From: Longimicrobiales bacterium
Lineage (GTDB): Bacteria; Gemmatimonadota; Gemmatimonadetes; Longimicrobiales; Gaopeijiaceae
Direction of reading: 5' to 3'
Assembly (NCBI GenBank): GCA_041690395.1
Contig: JAWLHJ010000001.1
Location: 1-64,000, forward strand
DNA: 64,000 nt
Shown here: piece by piece, positions 37,313 to 47,136 of the stretch
Numbering within the stretch: position 1 is the first letter of the stretch
Layout: every line of letters starts with the position of its first letter
The notes under the pieces: model-generated
What the model saw: the letters and a program-made list of their open reading frames with translations, nothing else
What the model was told of the DNA's origin: nothing
The model's database searches: none
Made by a program: the position numbers and the translations under genes

Positions 37313-37341
37313 TTGCCGCGGTTTCGGCCGTATCCTATAAT
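37313..37341 (+). promoter_or_regulatory. sigma-70-type promoter
   Basis: TTGCCG (37313-37318), 17 bp spacer, TATAAT (37336-37341) in the divergent gap. Confidence 0.65.
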
Positions 37342-37441
37342 TTACCGACGCTCGCGGGGGGATGCGAGACATTCGCCAGGAGGCCCCGCGCCCACCTCCG
37401 TCGCCGCCGGCCTGCTTCGCCTGGAAAGGATCCTTCCATCG

Positions 37442-38857
37442 ATGTGTGACCCCACGAGCCGCGGCGCGCCCAGGGAATCTGGTCGCCGGAGCTCTCGCCC
37501 CGGTCCGAGACGACGGCTCGCCTGCGTGATCGCGGGAGCCGCCTGGATCCTGTCGGCGTGCGCGACGGGACTCCCGGACGTGGGTCCCGCGGATATCCCA
37601 CGGCTCTCGTCCGAGGTGTCGGACCGGCCGGACGACCTCGAGTTGCGCGTGCGGCTCGGGATCGCGCAGTACCGTGCCGGCGCCCACGACGCGGCGCTCG
37701 CGAGCCTGCGGGTCGCGGTCGAGGGTGGTCACGCGAGCGGACCGGCGCTCCTGCACCTCGGCCTCGTGCACGAGCAGCGTGAGGAGTGGAGCGAGGCCCT
37801 CGACGCGTACGGCCGCCATCTCGACCAGGATCCGTCCGGGGCGATCCGGGGCGACGTGGAGGCCCGGGTCCGCCTCATGGGCCGGAATCTACTCGCGGAG
37901 CGTGCCCGGGAGGCGCTCGCCCTGGAAGGGCGCGTGGCGGACGCCGAGACCGTCACCCCGCGCTCGGTCGCGATCCTCCCGTTCGCCTTCAACTCGCCGC
38001 GTGCCGAGCTCGAGCCCCTGATCTACGCGCTCGCCGACATGATGAGCACGGACTTCGCCCTGTCCAACGCCCTGGTCGTGCTCGAGCGCGCCCAGGTGCA
38101 GACGCTTCTCGACGAGATGGCGCTGACCGCGGCCGGATACGCGGAGCCCTCGACCGGCGCGAGAGCGGGGCGGCTGCTCAGGGCGGAGCACGTGGTTCAG
38201 GGCGTCCTCACGACGCTCGGTGGAGATCGCCTCCAGACCGACGCCGAGGTCATGAGCGTGGCGAGCTCGTCGGGGGTGGGCGGGGTGAGCGAGAGCGCCG
38301 CGCTCGATGATCTCTTCACGATGGAGAAGGCCCTGGTCATCGGCACCATCCGTGACGTCCTCGGGCTGGAGCTGACACCGGCCGAGGAGCAGGCGATCCT
38401 CGAGAACCGCATGGACAACGTTCTGGCCTTCCTCGCATACGGGGAGGGCCTCCGGGAGATGGACCGTGGCGACTTCGCCGCCGCCCGCGAGCGGTTCGAG
38501 GCGGCCCGGGCGCTCGAGGGGCCCGGGAACCCTATGCTGGAGTCGGCGCTCGAAGCCTCGACGGAGCTGACCACGGCGAGTGAGACGGACGCGGGCACCC
38601 TCGCCACGCGGGCAGGCGAGCCGAGCGTTCTCGGCGCCTCCTCCCGCGGCCGCCTCACGGGTCTGACGGACGGCATTGCGCCGACACCCGCGTCGGGGCT
38701 CCTGGACATCCGCTCCGGAGACCAGGGCTCGACCCGGACGAACGACTCGGGCGACACCGAGCGGGACCCCATCGCGGAGGCGACGGGCGACATCGGCCTG
38801 ACCGGCTCCGGTGCCACGATCCGGCTGGTCATCCCGAGGCCGGGAGGTGATCGGTGA
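37442..38857 (+). CDS. TPR + CsgG-like lipoprotein
   Basis: Lipobox ILSAC, N-terminal TPRs, SVAILPF, VLERAQVQTLLDEMAL, AGRLLRAEHVVQG, second TPR. Start is uncertain. Confidence 0.78.
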   Translation: MCDPTSRGAPRESGRRSSRPGPRRRLACVIAGAAWILSACATGLPDVGPADIPRLSSEVSDRPDDLELRVRLGIAQYRAGAHDAALASLRVAVEGGHASGPALLHLGLVHEQREEWSEALDAYGRHLDQDPSGAIRGDVEARVRLMGRNLLAERAREALALEGRVADAETVTPRSVAILPFAFNSPRAELEPLIYALADMMSTDFALSNALVVLERAQVQTLLDEMALTAAGYAEPSTGARAGRLLRAEHVVQGVLTTLGGDRLQTDAEVMSVASSSGVGGVSESAALDDLFTMEKALVIGTIRDVLGLELTPAEEQAILENRMDNVLAFLAYGEGLREMDRGDFAAARERFEAARALEGPGNPMLESALEASTELTTASETDAGTLATRAGEPSVLGASSRGRLTGLTDGIAPTPASGLLDIRSGDQGSTRTNDSGDTERDPIAEATGDIGLTGSGATIRLVIPRPGGDR

Positions 38858-40011
38858 GCGCGCGGGCCCGGAGCGGTGTTGCCCTGCTCCTCTCCCTCGG
38901 CGTCCCACTGCTCGCGGCCCCACTGGGCGCCCAGGTACCGGCCCAGCGCTCGCTCGGCGTCGGCGTCGAGCTGGTGGGCTACTCGTTCGACGCGGGGCTC
39001 GGAGCCGACGCGGCGGACCTCCTGCTCCTTCCTGTTGCCGGCCGGACGCCGCTCGGCGCGCGCGGCTCGCTGGACGTCTACGGGGCCTGGGCGCGCGGCC
39101 GGGTCGAGGTCGACGACGCCGACCTCTCGCTGTCGGGACCGGTAGACACCCAGGTCCGGTTGGGCTTCCAGGCCACGCCGTGGGCGCTCCTCACCGTGGG
39201 CGCTCAACTCCCCACCGGACGCGCCTCCCACGACGGAGAGGAAGCCATCGTGGCCTCCGTGCTGGCCACCGAGCTGCTCGGCTTCGGTGAGAGCAGCTGG
39301 GGGACCGGCGCCGCGCTGACGACATCCCTCGCGACCGCCCGGGAGATGGGCGCGTGGGGCGTGGGAGCGGCCCTGGCCTACGCCGCTCGCGGCTCCTTCG
39401 CGCCGGACGAGTCCGACACCGACTTCCGCTACGAGCCGGGCGACGAGCTCCGGGTCCGCTTAGGCGCCGACCGCAACATCGGGGACAACACGCTCACCTT
39501 CGGCGGCACGTTCATCTCGTACGGCGACGACCGGGCGAATGCCCGCAACCTGTTCCGGGCGGGCGACCGGCTCCGGTTCGACGCGAGCTACGCGTTCCGC
39601 GCCGGCGCCGGCGTCTGGACCGTCTACGCGTCGGACGTGCTCCGCGCGAACGGCGATCTGACCCTCGACCTGGTCGACGACTTCGGAGCGGTGGTCGGCG
39701 ACACGACGGTCGCGACCGCCGAGCAGAACCTCCTGGTGGCTGGATTGGTGGGCGCCGTGGGATTAGGCTCAGGGTTCGTGTTCCGCCCCATCGTCGACCT
39801 GAGGCTTCAGTCCCGGACCGAGCCCGACGGCTCGGACGCCGGCTCCGGCTGGATCCTCGGGCTGGGTGGGGATCTCCCGATACGCTTCTTCAGTCGCTCG
39901 GAGATCTTTCCCAGAGCGCGCCTCCTCCTCGGATCGATTCGTGATCGACGGGGGGAGGGCGTGGGGGTCCGGGGACTCGAGCTTCGAACCACACTCCGCT
40001 GGTCACCGTGA
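38854..40011 (+). CDS. putative outer-membrane beta-barrel protein
   Basis: Signal peptide, alternating amphipathic strands, LSGPVDTQVRL and LPTG motifs, near-terminal Trp. GTGA coupling. Confidence 0.65.
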   Translation: MSARARSGVALLLSLGVPLLAAPLGAQVPAQRSLGVGVELVGYSFDAGLGADAADLLLLPVAGRTPLGARGSLDVYGAWARGRVEVDDADLSLSGPVDTQVRLGFQATPWALLTVGAQLPTGRASHDGEEAIVASVLATELLGFGESSWGTGAALTTSLATAREMGAWGVGAALAYAARGSFAPDESDTDFRYEPGDELRVRLGADRNIGDNTLTFGGTFISYGDDRANARNLFRAGDRLRFDASYAFRAGAGVWTVYASDVLRANGDLTLDLVDDFGAVVGDTTVATAEQNLLVAGLVGAVGLGSGFVFRPIVDLRLQSRTEPDGSDAGSGWILGLGGDLPIRFFSRSEIFPRARLLLGSIRDRRGEGVGVRGLELRTTLRWSP

Positions 40012-40015
40012 CGCC

Positions 40016-41104
40016 ATGACCCCCGACATCAAACGCATCGCGATCAACACCGGCGGCGGCGACGCCCCGGGGCTCAACGCCGTCATCCGGTCGGTGGTGC
40101 TCGCCGCAGATGGCCTCGGATGGGAGGTGTACGGCATCCTCGACTCCTACGACGGGCTCTTCCGCGAGAACGGCGTGGTGCGCCTCAGCCGGGAGTCCGT
40201 ACGCGGGATCACGCACCAGGGCGGAACCATCCTGGGCACGACCAACCGCGGGAATCCGCTGCGTTATCCGGTAACCGACCCGGATGGGACCGTCCGTTAC
40301 GAGGACCGCTCCCAGGCCGTCATCGACAACCTCGCCGAGCGCGGGATCGACGCCCTCGTCGCGGTTGGCGGCGACGGCTCACTCGAGATCGCGCACGGGT
40401 TGGCCGAGAAGGGGCTGAAGGTCGTGGGCGTGCCGAAGACCATCGACAACGATCTGGAGGCCACCCAGCTCACGTTCGGGTTCCTGACCGCCGTCGAGAC
40501 CGCAACCGACGCGCTCGACAAGCTCCACTCGACGGCCGAGGCGCACGAGCGCGTGATGGTCGTGGAGCTCATGGGTCGCCACGCCGGCTGGATCGCGCTC
40601 TTCGCCGGGCTCGCCGGCACCGCCGACGTGATCCTCATTCCCGAGATCCCCTACGACATGGAGCGCGTCTGCGAGAAGATCGAGGACCGTTACCGTACCG
40701 GTCGCAACTTCGCGATCGTCGTCGTGGCCGAAGGCGCCTTCCCGATCGGCGGCGAGCCGGTGTTCAAGACGGCGGGGAGCGGAGAGAAGCGCCTCGGCGG
40801 CCTCGCGCATCAGGTCGCGACCGAGATCGCCGAGCGGACCGGCCGGGAGACGCGCGACCTCGTGCTCGGACACCTCCAGCGCGGGGGCGGCCCGATCGCC
40901 TACGACCGCCTCCTGGCGCTCCGCTTCGGGACCGCGGCCGTGAAGCTGCTGTCCGAGGGTTCCTTCGGATGCATGGTCGCGCTCGACCCGCCGATGGTGC
41001 GCGCCGTCCCGCTCGGCGAGGCGATCGCGAAGACCAAGCTGGTACCATTGGACGGCGACATCGTCCAGACGGCGCGCGCGATGGGGGTCTGCCTCGGGGA
41101 CTGA
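40016..41104 (+). CDS. pfkA: 6-phosphofructokinase (PfkA family, mixed-substrate group)
   Basis: TGGGDAPGLNA, GGTILGT, GGDGS, PKTIDND, ELMGRHAGW, LGHLQRGG. Confidence 0.93.
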   Translation: MTPDIKRIAINTGGGDAPGLNAVIRSVVLAADGLGWEVYGILDSYDGLFRENGVVRLSRESVRGITHQGGTILGTTNRGNPLRYPVTDPDGTVRYEDRSQAVIDNLAERGIDALVAVGGDGSLEIAHGLAEKGLKVVGVPKTIDNDLEATQLTFGFLTAVETATDALDKLHSTAEAHERVMVVELMGRHAGWIALFAGLAGTADVILIPEIPYDMERVCEKIEDRYRTGRNFAIVVVAEGAFPIGGEPVFKTAGSGEKRLGGLAHQVATEIAERTGRETRDLVLGHLQRGGGPIAYDRLLALRFGTAAVKLLSEGSFGCMVALDPPMVRAVPLGEAIAKTKLVPLDGDIVQTARAMGVCLGD

Positions 41105-41191
41105 CCCCGCCTTGCGCCCCCCGCCCCTCGTGCCGAAGGTAGCCGGGCCGAACCAAAGCCGCCGACTCCACCTCCGAACACGAGGACCGTC

Positions 41192-41323
41192 ATGACGCAG
41201 CAGCAGCCCCCGTCCAAGGCCGAGGCGCGCGCACGCTTCCGGCGCACGCTCGTCCGGGTCCTCGTCGTGCAGGCCGTCGCGCTCGCCGCGCTGGCCGCCC
41301 TCCAGATCCGGTACGGCATCTAG
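41192..41323 (+). CDS. 43 aa single-TM small protein, probable accessory subunit of the SSS transporter
   Basis: GAGG RBS. Translation MTQQQPPSKAEARARFRRTLVRVLVVQAVALAALAALQIRYGI. Directly precedes the SSS gene once the MITE is removed. Confidence 0.75.
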   Translation: MTQQQPPSKAEARARFRRTLVRVLVVQAVALAALAALQIRYGI

Positions 41324-41627
41324 CAGGTCGCTGGAAGAGGGGAGTGCACCGCGCGCAGGGGTCTTGCGCGTGTTCAGCCAAGGAACGACGACGAGTCGTA
41401 GCAGAGCTACGGCGAGGAGAAGAGACGATGGATCAACCGCGCAACACCCCTGCGCCCAACACCGCATCGTTTTCCGACCTACACGGTTGCGGGTTACGGC
41501 GGCACGACCCCGTCCCGGTCGTTGGCGCTCCTCCGCGTAGCTATGGCTATGCAGTCGTCGCTCCGCCTACGGCCCGGGGTCGTGACACTCGTAACGCGGT
41601 GCACTCCCCTCTTCCAGCGACCTGCTA
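41321..41627. mobile_element. non-autonomous MITE with TA target duplication
   Basis: 33 bp perfect inverted ends including TA (41321-41353 / 41595-41627), two internal palindromic units, no transposase. Confidence 0.85.
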
Positions 41628-43307
41628 ATGCATTGGATCAACTGGGTCATCGTCGTCGCCTACGTGCTCTACGTGGTGGTCGACGGCATCCGCAAGTCGA
41701 AGGGGACGGACTCGCTGGCGGGCTTCTTCATCGCCAACAAGAGCCTCTCCTGGTGGGTCGTCGGCCTCTCGGTCATGGCGACCCAGCTCTCGGCGATCAC
41801 CATGATCGGAACGCCCGGCCAGGGCGCCACCGACGGTATCCGCTTCGTGCAGTTCTACTTCGGACTGCCCATCGCCATGGTGATCCTCGGCGTGACGCTG
41901 GTGCCGTTCCTCCACGGATCCGGCGTCTATACCGCGTACGAGTACCTCGAGAAGCGGTTCGACGCGAAGACGCGCTCGTTGACGGCCTTCCTCTTCCTGC
42001 TCTCGCGCGGCATGTCCGCGGGAACCATCATCGCGGCCCCGGGCGTGGTCCTGAGCGCCATCTTCGGCATCCCGCTGGTGTGGGCCGTAGCGTTGATCGG
42101 TATCCCGACGGTGATCTACACGATGGTGGGCGGGGTGCAGGCCGTCGCGTGGGCCGATGTGAAGCAGATGTTCCTGATCGTCTTCGCCATGCTCGCGATC
42201 ATGCTGGTCCTCCTCGTCCAGATGCCGGTCAGCCCCGACGAAGCCCTCCGGATCGCCGGCGCCACGGGGCGCCTCCAGGCCTTCGACTTCTCGTTCAGCC
42301 TGAACGAGACCTACACGTTCTGGGGCGGGATCATCGGCGGAACGTTCCTCATGCTCTCGTACTTCGGCACCGACCAGAGCCAGGTGCAGCGGTACCTGAC
42401 CGCACGCTCGGTGGACGAGGCGCGCAGCTCGCTGTTGATGAGCGCGTACTGGAAGATCCCGCTGCAGGCGCTCATCCTCCTGGTCGGGGTGGGAATCTTC
42501 GTCTACTACCAGTTCGTGCAGCCGCCGCTGCTCTACAACCCGGCGCACGAGGAGGCCGTGGTCGCCGAGCGCGGCGCCGCCTACGGCGACCTCCAACAAC
42601 GCTACGACGAGGTCTTTACGCTGAGGTCGGCGGCGGCCCTCCAGACAGCGGACGCGCCGGACGAGGCCACCGGAGCGACCGCGATGCAGGACTTCCTGGA
42701 GCGTGAAGCCGAGATCCAGGGGATCCGCACCGAGGCGCTCGCCATGGCGGCCGAGGTCACCGGCCGGGACTCCCGGGACGTGAACTACATCATTCCCCGC
42801 TTCGCTCTGTCGGAGCTCCCCATCGGGCTCGCGGGCATCTTCATCGCGGGGGTCCTGGCCGCGGCCATGTCGAGCATCTCCTCGGAGCTGAACTCCCTGG
42901 CCACGACGAGCATCATCGACTTCTACCGACGATGGCTCAGGCCCGACGCGACGGACGCGCATTACCTGCTCGTCTCGAAGGGGGCCACGGCCTTCTGGGG
43001 CTTGTTCGCGTGCGTCGTGGCGACGTACGCGGCGACGCTCGGATCGCTCATCGAGGTGGTGAACCGTTTCGGGTCGTTCTTCTACGGATCGATTCTGGGC
43101 GTCTTCATCCTGGCGATGATCCCGGGTACCAAAGGGCGAGGATCGTTCTTCGGACTCATCGCCGGCATGGGGCTCGTCGGATACGTGAACTTCCAGATCC
43201 CCGAAGTCGCGTTCCTCTGGCACAACGTCATCGGTGCGGTGGCGGTGGTGTTCGTCGGACTGCTGCTGAGCATCGGCGGGGGAGGCCGACCGCAGGAGCA
43301 GGCGTGA
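41628..43307 (+). CDS. sodium:solute symporter (SSS family)
   Basis: About 13 TM helices. GLSVMATQLSAIT, TAYEYLE.RF, YT..GG..AV.W.D, GTDQSQVQRYL, AAAMSS.SSELNSLAT. Confidence 0.93.
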   Translation: MHWINWVIVVAYVLYVVVDGIRKSKGTDSLAGFFIANKSLSWWVVGLSVMATQLSAITMIGTPGQGATDGIRFVQFYFGLPIAMVILGVTLVPFLHGSGVYTAYEYLEKRFDAKTRSLTAFLFLLSRGMSAGTIIAAPGVVLSAIFGIPLVWAVALIGIPTVIYTMVGGVQAVAWADVKQMFLIVFAMLAIMLVLLVQMPVSPDEALRIAGATGRLQAFDFSFSLNETYTFWGGIIGGTFLMLSYFGTDQSQVQRYLTARSVDEARSSLLMSAYWKIPLQALILLVGVGIFVYYQFVQPPLLYNPAHEEAVVAERGAAYGDLQQRYDEVFTLRSAAALQTADAPDEATGATAMQDFLEREAEIQGIRTEALAMAAEVTGRDSRDVNYIIPRFALSELPIGLAGIFIAGVLAAAMSSISSELNSLATTSIIDFYRRWLRPDATDAHYLLVSKGATAFWGLFACVVATYAATLGSLIEVVNRFGSFFYGSILGVFILAMIPGTKGRGSFFGLIAGMGLVGYVNFQIPEVAFLWHNVIGAVAVVFVGLLLSIGGGGRPQEQA

Positions 43308-43867
43308 TGAAGGGTCGCGCCGTTCGGGGTGTCGCGCTCGTCCTCCTGCTCGGACTGACGGCCTGCGGCGGCGGCGACGGACCGATTCCGGTCGCCTGTG
43401 GCTCGGTTCCGCCCACGGATCCGGACGTCCTTGCGGACACCCTCGAGTTGACCGTCGTCCTGGCCGAGCGGCCGACCCGCTCGACGGAGGTCCTCGTGCG
43501 GGTCGACCCGCTGACCGAGCGAGGTGCCGTGCTCTTCTCGGGCACACCCCCCGAGTCGGCCGCTGCCGTATCGGCCGCGCTCACGACGGACGCCGTCTTC
43601 CAGGGGTGCATCAACGAGCGCGCGGACGGTTTCCGGCTACGAGCCGAGGAGGCGCCGATCGGGCGGGTGTGGGTTCGGGTCTCCTCGAACCGTCCGGTCT
43701 CCGTGCGGCTCGTGACCGAGGCGCCGGGGGCCGAGCCGCGTGCGGGGCCCCCGGCCGCCTCCGGGCCTCCGGGCGGCCCGGAGGTCACCGCCACGCTCGT
43801 CGTGCCTCCCGGATCGTCCGGCCGTCGCGCCTGGCCGCTCGACGCCCCGTCGGGAGACCGCGAATGA
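43307..43867 (+). CDS. hypothetical lipoprotein
   Basis: TGATG coupling to the SSS gene. Lipobox LTAC. Confidence 0.65.
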   Translation: MKGRAVRGVALVLLLGLTACGGGDGPIPVACGSVPPTDPDVLADTLELTVVLAERPTRSTEVLVRVDPLTERGAVLFSGTPPESAAAVSAALTTDAVFQGCINERADGFRLRAEEAPIGRVWVRVSSNRPVSVRLVTEAPGAEPRAGPPAASGPPGGPEVTATLVVPPGSSGRRAWPLDAPSGDRE

Positions 43868-44388
43868 CCGGGCCAGGACCGACGCCGCACACCGGTGCAC
43901 CCGTCGCCGGTGCTCCCGCCGCCGCGACGACCTCTGCCGGGACCCCCGCCACGCTGCTCGCGATCGGGTGGACGCTCCTCCTCGCCTCGCTCGCGACGCT
44001 CTGGGTCTGGAGCCCGTTCCTCGGCGAGGGGACGTCGTTCATCGTGTGGTCTCCACCAGCGATGGCGCTCATGGCATGGACCGTCCGGTGGCTTCGGGCC
44101 CGGCGTATCGAGCAGATCCCGTCGAGCCGGCTACTCTGGATCGCGGTCGGGGCCGGCTGGATCCTGGCTCTGCTGGCGGCGTCGACCGATCTGGGCCGCC
44201 GGCTCGCGCTCGACGGCCTGATCATGCGCGAGCCGGGCGTCCAACTGACGGGCCGCGTCCTCCGCTGGGCGCCGCTCGCCTTCGGCTGCGCCCTCGCCGT
44301 CGCCGGGCTCGCGGCGGCGCTGGAGGCGCGCTACCGGATCGTCAACGCGCCTCGAACGCCCGCCACGCCTCCGGATCCAGCGAGATGA
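43864..44388 (+). CDS. hypothetical 4-TM membrane protein
   Basis: ATGA coupling and four hydrophobic segments. The 3' end overlaps the convergent gene by 47 bp. Confidence 0.6.
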   Translation: MTGPGPTPHTGAPVAGAPAAATTSAGTPATLLAIGWTLLLASLATLWVWSPFLGEGTSFIVWSPPAMALMAWTVRWLRARRIEQIPSSRLLWIAVGAGWILALLAASTDLGRRLALDGLIMREPGVQLTGRVLRWAPLAFGCALAVAGLAAALEARYRIVNAPRTPATPPDPAR

Positions 44389-47089
44389 GGTTGGCGAGCA
44401 GCCGGTACGCGCCCGGCACCCGTTGAGACCACTGCCGGAAGAAGGACAGCGCAGCGTAGGCGTACACTCCTTCGCCGACCGACGCGACGAGCAGTGATCC
44501 CCGCCGCGAGGGCTCGCCCGGGTCGTTCATCTCGAGCATGGGCACGTACGCTTCGGCCCACTCGGACGCGAAGTAGAGTCCCCGCTCCTGGACCCACCCC
44601 GCGAAATCCTCGTCGGAGATCCGGTTGGGACCGGCGAACACGGGCGACTCGGGCTCGAGGATGCGCACCGGCTGGGTCTCGACGGAAACGCGCGGCGCCG
44701 GCCGACCGATGACCAGTCGGTACGGAGCGTACGCGCCCTCCGAGAACTGGTACTGGTTGTATTGATTGATGACCACGCCACCCGAACGAGCGAAGTCGAA
44801 GATCTGCTCGTTCGCCGCGCGCACGTCCGCTCGGGCCTCGTAGGCCCGCACGCCCAGTACGAGCACGTCGTATCCGGCGAAGTTTCCGGACCGGACCCGT
44901 TCTTCGCTGACCAGCTCCACGTCGACGCCCATCTGGCGGATCGCCTCGTGGCCGTCATCACCCGTCCCCATGACGTAGCCGACGCGGAGTCCCGGACGGA
45001 CACGGACCGGCACGACGGCGACCTCGCTCACGGCAGGCTCGAAGAGTGCCGCCCGCTCGATGTGCGGATAGTCGATGAGGGTGAAGCCCTCATCGTAGCG
45101 GCGGCCATCCGTGGTCCTCGCGACGGCACGTAGCCGATGTGCGCCGGCTTCCGGAGCGCCCGTCGGCGTCACCTCGAAGGTCAGCGAACGCTCCTGGCCC
45201 GCGCCCGTGAGCTCGAAGGCCTGAGTGGCGGGGGCCACGCTCCACGTGGACGGCGCCTCGAGGCGCACCTCCCCACTCGCGCCCTCCTCGGCCTCGGTCC
45301 GCACCACGACCGAGATCGCGCGCGTCTCCTCGGAGCCCCGCGGCCAGACCATGCCGCCCGGCGAAACGCCCACCGAGACGGCCGGCAGAACCAGCACCGG
45401 TTCGACCAGCTCTCCGAGCGCCTGGTCGACACCCACGTATCGCCACGGCTTCTCGAGGCCGACGCCAGCAGCGCCGTCGCCCAGCGCGAAGGACAGGTCC
45501 CCCCGCACCTTCGCGGGATCCCTGGGAAGCCCCCACAGCGACCGGTCCTCGGGCCAGCGGTACATCGCGCCGTCCCGCTCCCGTTCCAGATGGTAGAGAC
45601 GGCTCGGCTCGGCGTCCGTCGGGATCTCCACTTCGAAGCGCCAGGTCGCGAGGGTTCCCGCGGGCACCACGCCCTCGTCGGACACCCCGTCGACACCGAG
45701 GAGTCGAACCGGCCAGTCCGGCCCGGGAAGCAGCACGACCTCGGGATGGCGGACGACATCCGACCCTCCGTTCCAGAGCATCGCCTCGACCTCGACCGTC
45801 TGTCCCGGCACGATCAGGTCGTCGTCGGCCCGGACGTCGAACACGATGCCGGCCGCCGCGGCGAGCGTCCTCTCGACGAGGGCGCGCTTGCCGAGCAGGA
45901 CGCGCTCGAGCTCGTCCACGGGGTGCCCCTCGGCGGCAGCGAGCGCCGCGTCCAGCGCCGACAGGGCACGGCGGAGCGCGTCGACGACGCCCGCTTCAGG
46001 CGCGGCCGTGCCGCCCCCGGCGAACGCGGCCCGTGCGGAGGCGATGGCGGACCGGTACGCGCCGATGCTCCGCGCGGCGCGCGCCGACGGCCCGGGGGGC
46101 AGCTCGGACGCCAACCCGACCAGCGTCGTGTCTACCCCCGAGAAGACGCTCCCCTCCGGATCGGGCACATTCGACGCCACCACGACGACGCCGCTGTTCC
46201 GCGGGCCCGGCGGCTGCGCGGCGCCCATGTCCTGCGACCGATGCTGGCTACGGCTCTCCATGGCCAGCTGGAAGCTCGAGCGTCCCAGGAGCGGATCGAA
46301 CGCTCCGATGGGGACCACGATCTCCCCTTCCACGATCGGGGCATCCGGCAGGAATCGTCGGCGGGAGGTCTCCAGGAGCTTCGCGGGCCGCCACGGCCGC
46401 ACGCCGTCACGCAGCTGCTCGGGGAACGCCTCCGGATCGCCGGCCAACGCGAACGCCTCGCGGGTCACGATTCCGGCCGCCTGGTGCTGCCCGTGGCCGT
46501 CGGACGGGGTTCCGCTGAAGACCGACACGACCACTTGCGGGCGGAAGGTCCGCATGGCCCACACGACATCGGCCAGCAGCTCGTCGCGCGGCCACATGGT
46601 GAGGGATTCCTCCGCGGTCTTCGAGAAGCCGAAGTCGAACGCCCGCGAGAAGAGCTGGCTCCCCCCGTCGAGGGCCCGGGCCGCCTCGAGCTCCCCCGTG
46701 CGGATCACACCCAGGCCCTCGAAGAGCTCCGGACCGATGAGGTTCTGGCCGCCGCCGCCTCGAGTCAGCGAGAGGTAGGCGGTCTCCGCGCCCAGGCCGC
46801 GGGCCATCTCGGTGAGGAAGCCGGTGTCCTCGTCGTCCGGATGGGCCGCGACCATGAGCACCCGCTTCACGCCGTCGAGCTGCCGGAGCAGCAGCCCGGT
46901 CGCGACGGTGCCCGCGTCACGCGGGAGCTGGGCCTCCACCGGAGCCGGCAACAGGGTCCCGATGAGCGTGAGGAGCACGATCGTCCCGGCCGCCCTGGTC
47001 CGGAGCGCACCTTTCCACCGCGCCCACCGCGTGAGGGCCCGGGAGGTGCGAGCGTAGCCGCTGTGGGCGTCCATCGGGAGAGACTGCAT
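44342..47089 (-). CDS. exported PIG-L/LmbE family deacetylase with NEW3-like Ig domains and C-terminal GATase-like domain
   Basis: AHPDDED, LTRG.GGQN.IG.E, R..EL.AAR, DFGFSK, HGQH, C-terminal WVQERGLYF. Start is uncertain. Confidence 0.88.
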   Translation of the reverse strand: MQSLPMDAHSGYARTSRALTRWARWKGALRTRAAGTIVLLTLIGTLLPAPVEAQLPRDAGTVATGLLLRQLDGVKRVLMVAAHPDDEDTGFLTEMARGLGAETAYLSLTRGGGGQNLIGPELFEGLGVIRTGELEAARALDGGSQLFSRAFDFGFSKTAEESLTMWPRDELLADVVWAMRTFRPQVVVSVFSGTPSDGHGQHQAAGIVTREAFALAGDPEAFPEQLRDGVRPWRPAKLLETSRRRFLPDAPIVEGEIVVPIGAFDPLLGRSSFQLAMESRSQHRSQDMGAAQPPGPRNSGVVVVASNVPDPEGSVFSGVDTTLVGLASELPPGPSARAARSIGAYRSAIASARAAFAGGGTAAPEAGVVDALRRALSALDAALAAAEGHPVDELERVLLGKRALVERTLAAAAGIVFDVRADDDLIVPGQTVEVEAMLWNGGSDVVRHPEVVLLPGPDWPVRLLGVDGVSDEGVVPAGTLATWRFEVEIPTDAEPSRLYHLERERDGAMYRWPEDRSLWGLPRDPAKVRGDLSFALGDGAAGVGLEKPWRYVGVDQALGELVEPVLVLPAVSVGVSPGGMVWPRGSEETRAISVVVRTEAEEGASGEVRLEAPSTWSVAPATQAFELTGAGQERSLTFEVTPTGAPEAGAHRLRAVARTTDGRRYDEGFTLIDYPHIERAALFEPAVSEVAVVPVRVRPGLRVGYVMGTGDDGHEAIRQMGVDVELVSEERVRSGNFAGYDVLVLGVRAYEARADVRAANEQIFDFARSGGVVINQYNQYQFSEGAYAPYRLVIGRPAPRVSVETQPVRILEPESPVFAGPNRISDEDFAGWVQERGLYFASEWAEAYVPMLEMNDPGEPSRRGSLLVASVGEGVYAYAALSFFRQWSQRVPGAYRLLANLISLDPEAWRAFEAR

Positions 47090-47136
47090 CGATCTCGTCC
47101 TACCTGGGATTTCGGAGTGGGCCGCGCGTATCGTGT

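Noticed and set aside
36505..38857. Curli biogenesis (csg) operon
   Set aside because: Only CsgG-like folds fused to TPRs are present, with no curlin-repeat CsgA/B or CsgE/F genes.
41321..41627. CRISPR array or intact IS
   Set aside because: There are no direct repeats with unique spacers, no cas genes and no transposase ORF. It is a single inverted-repeat element.
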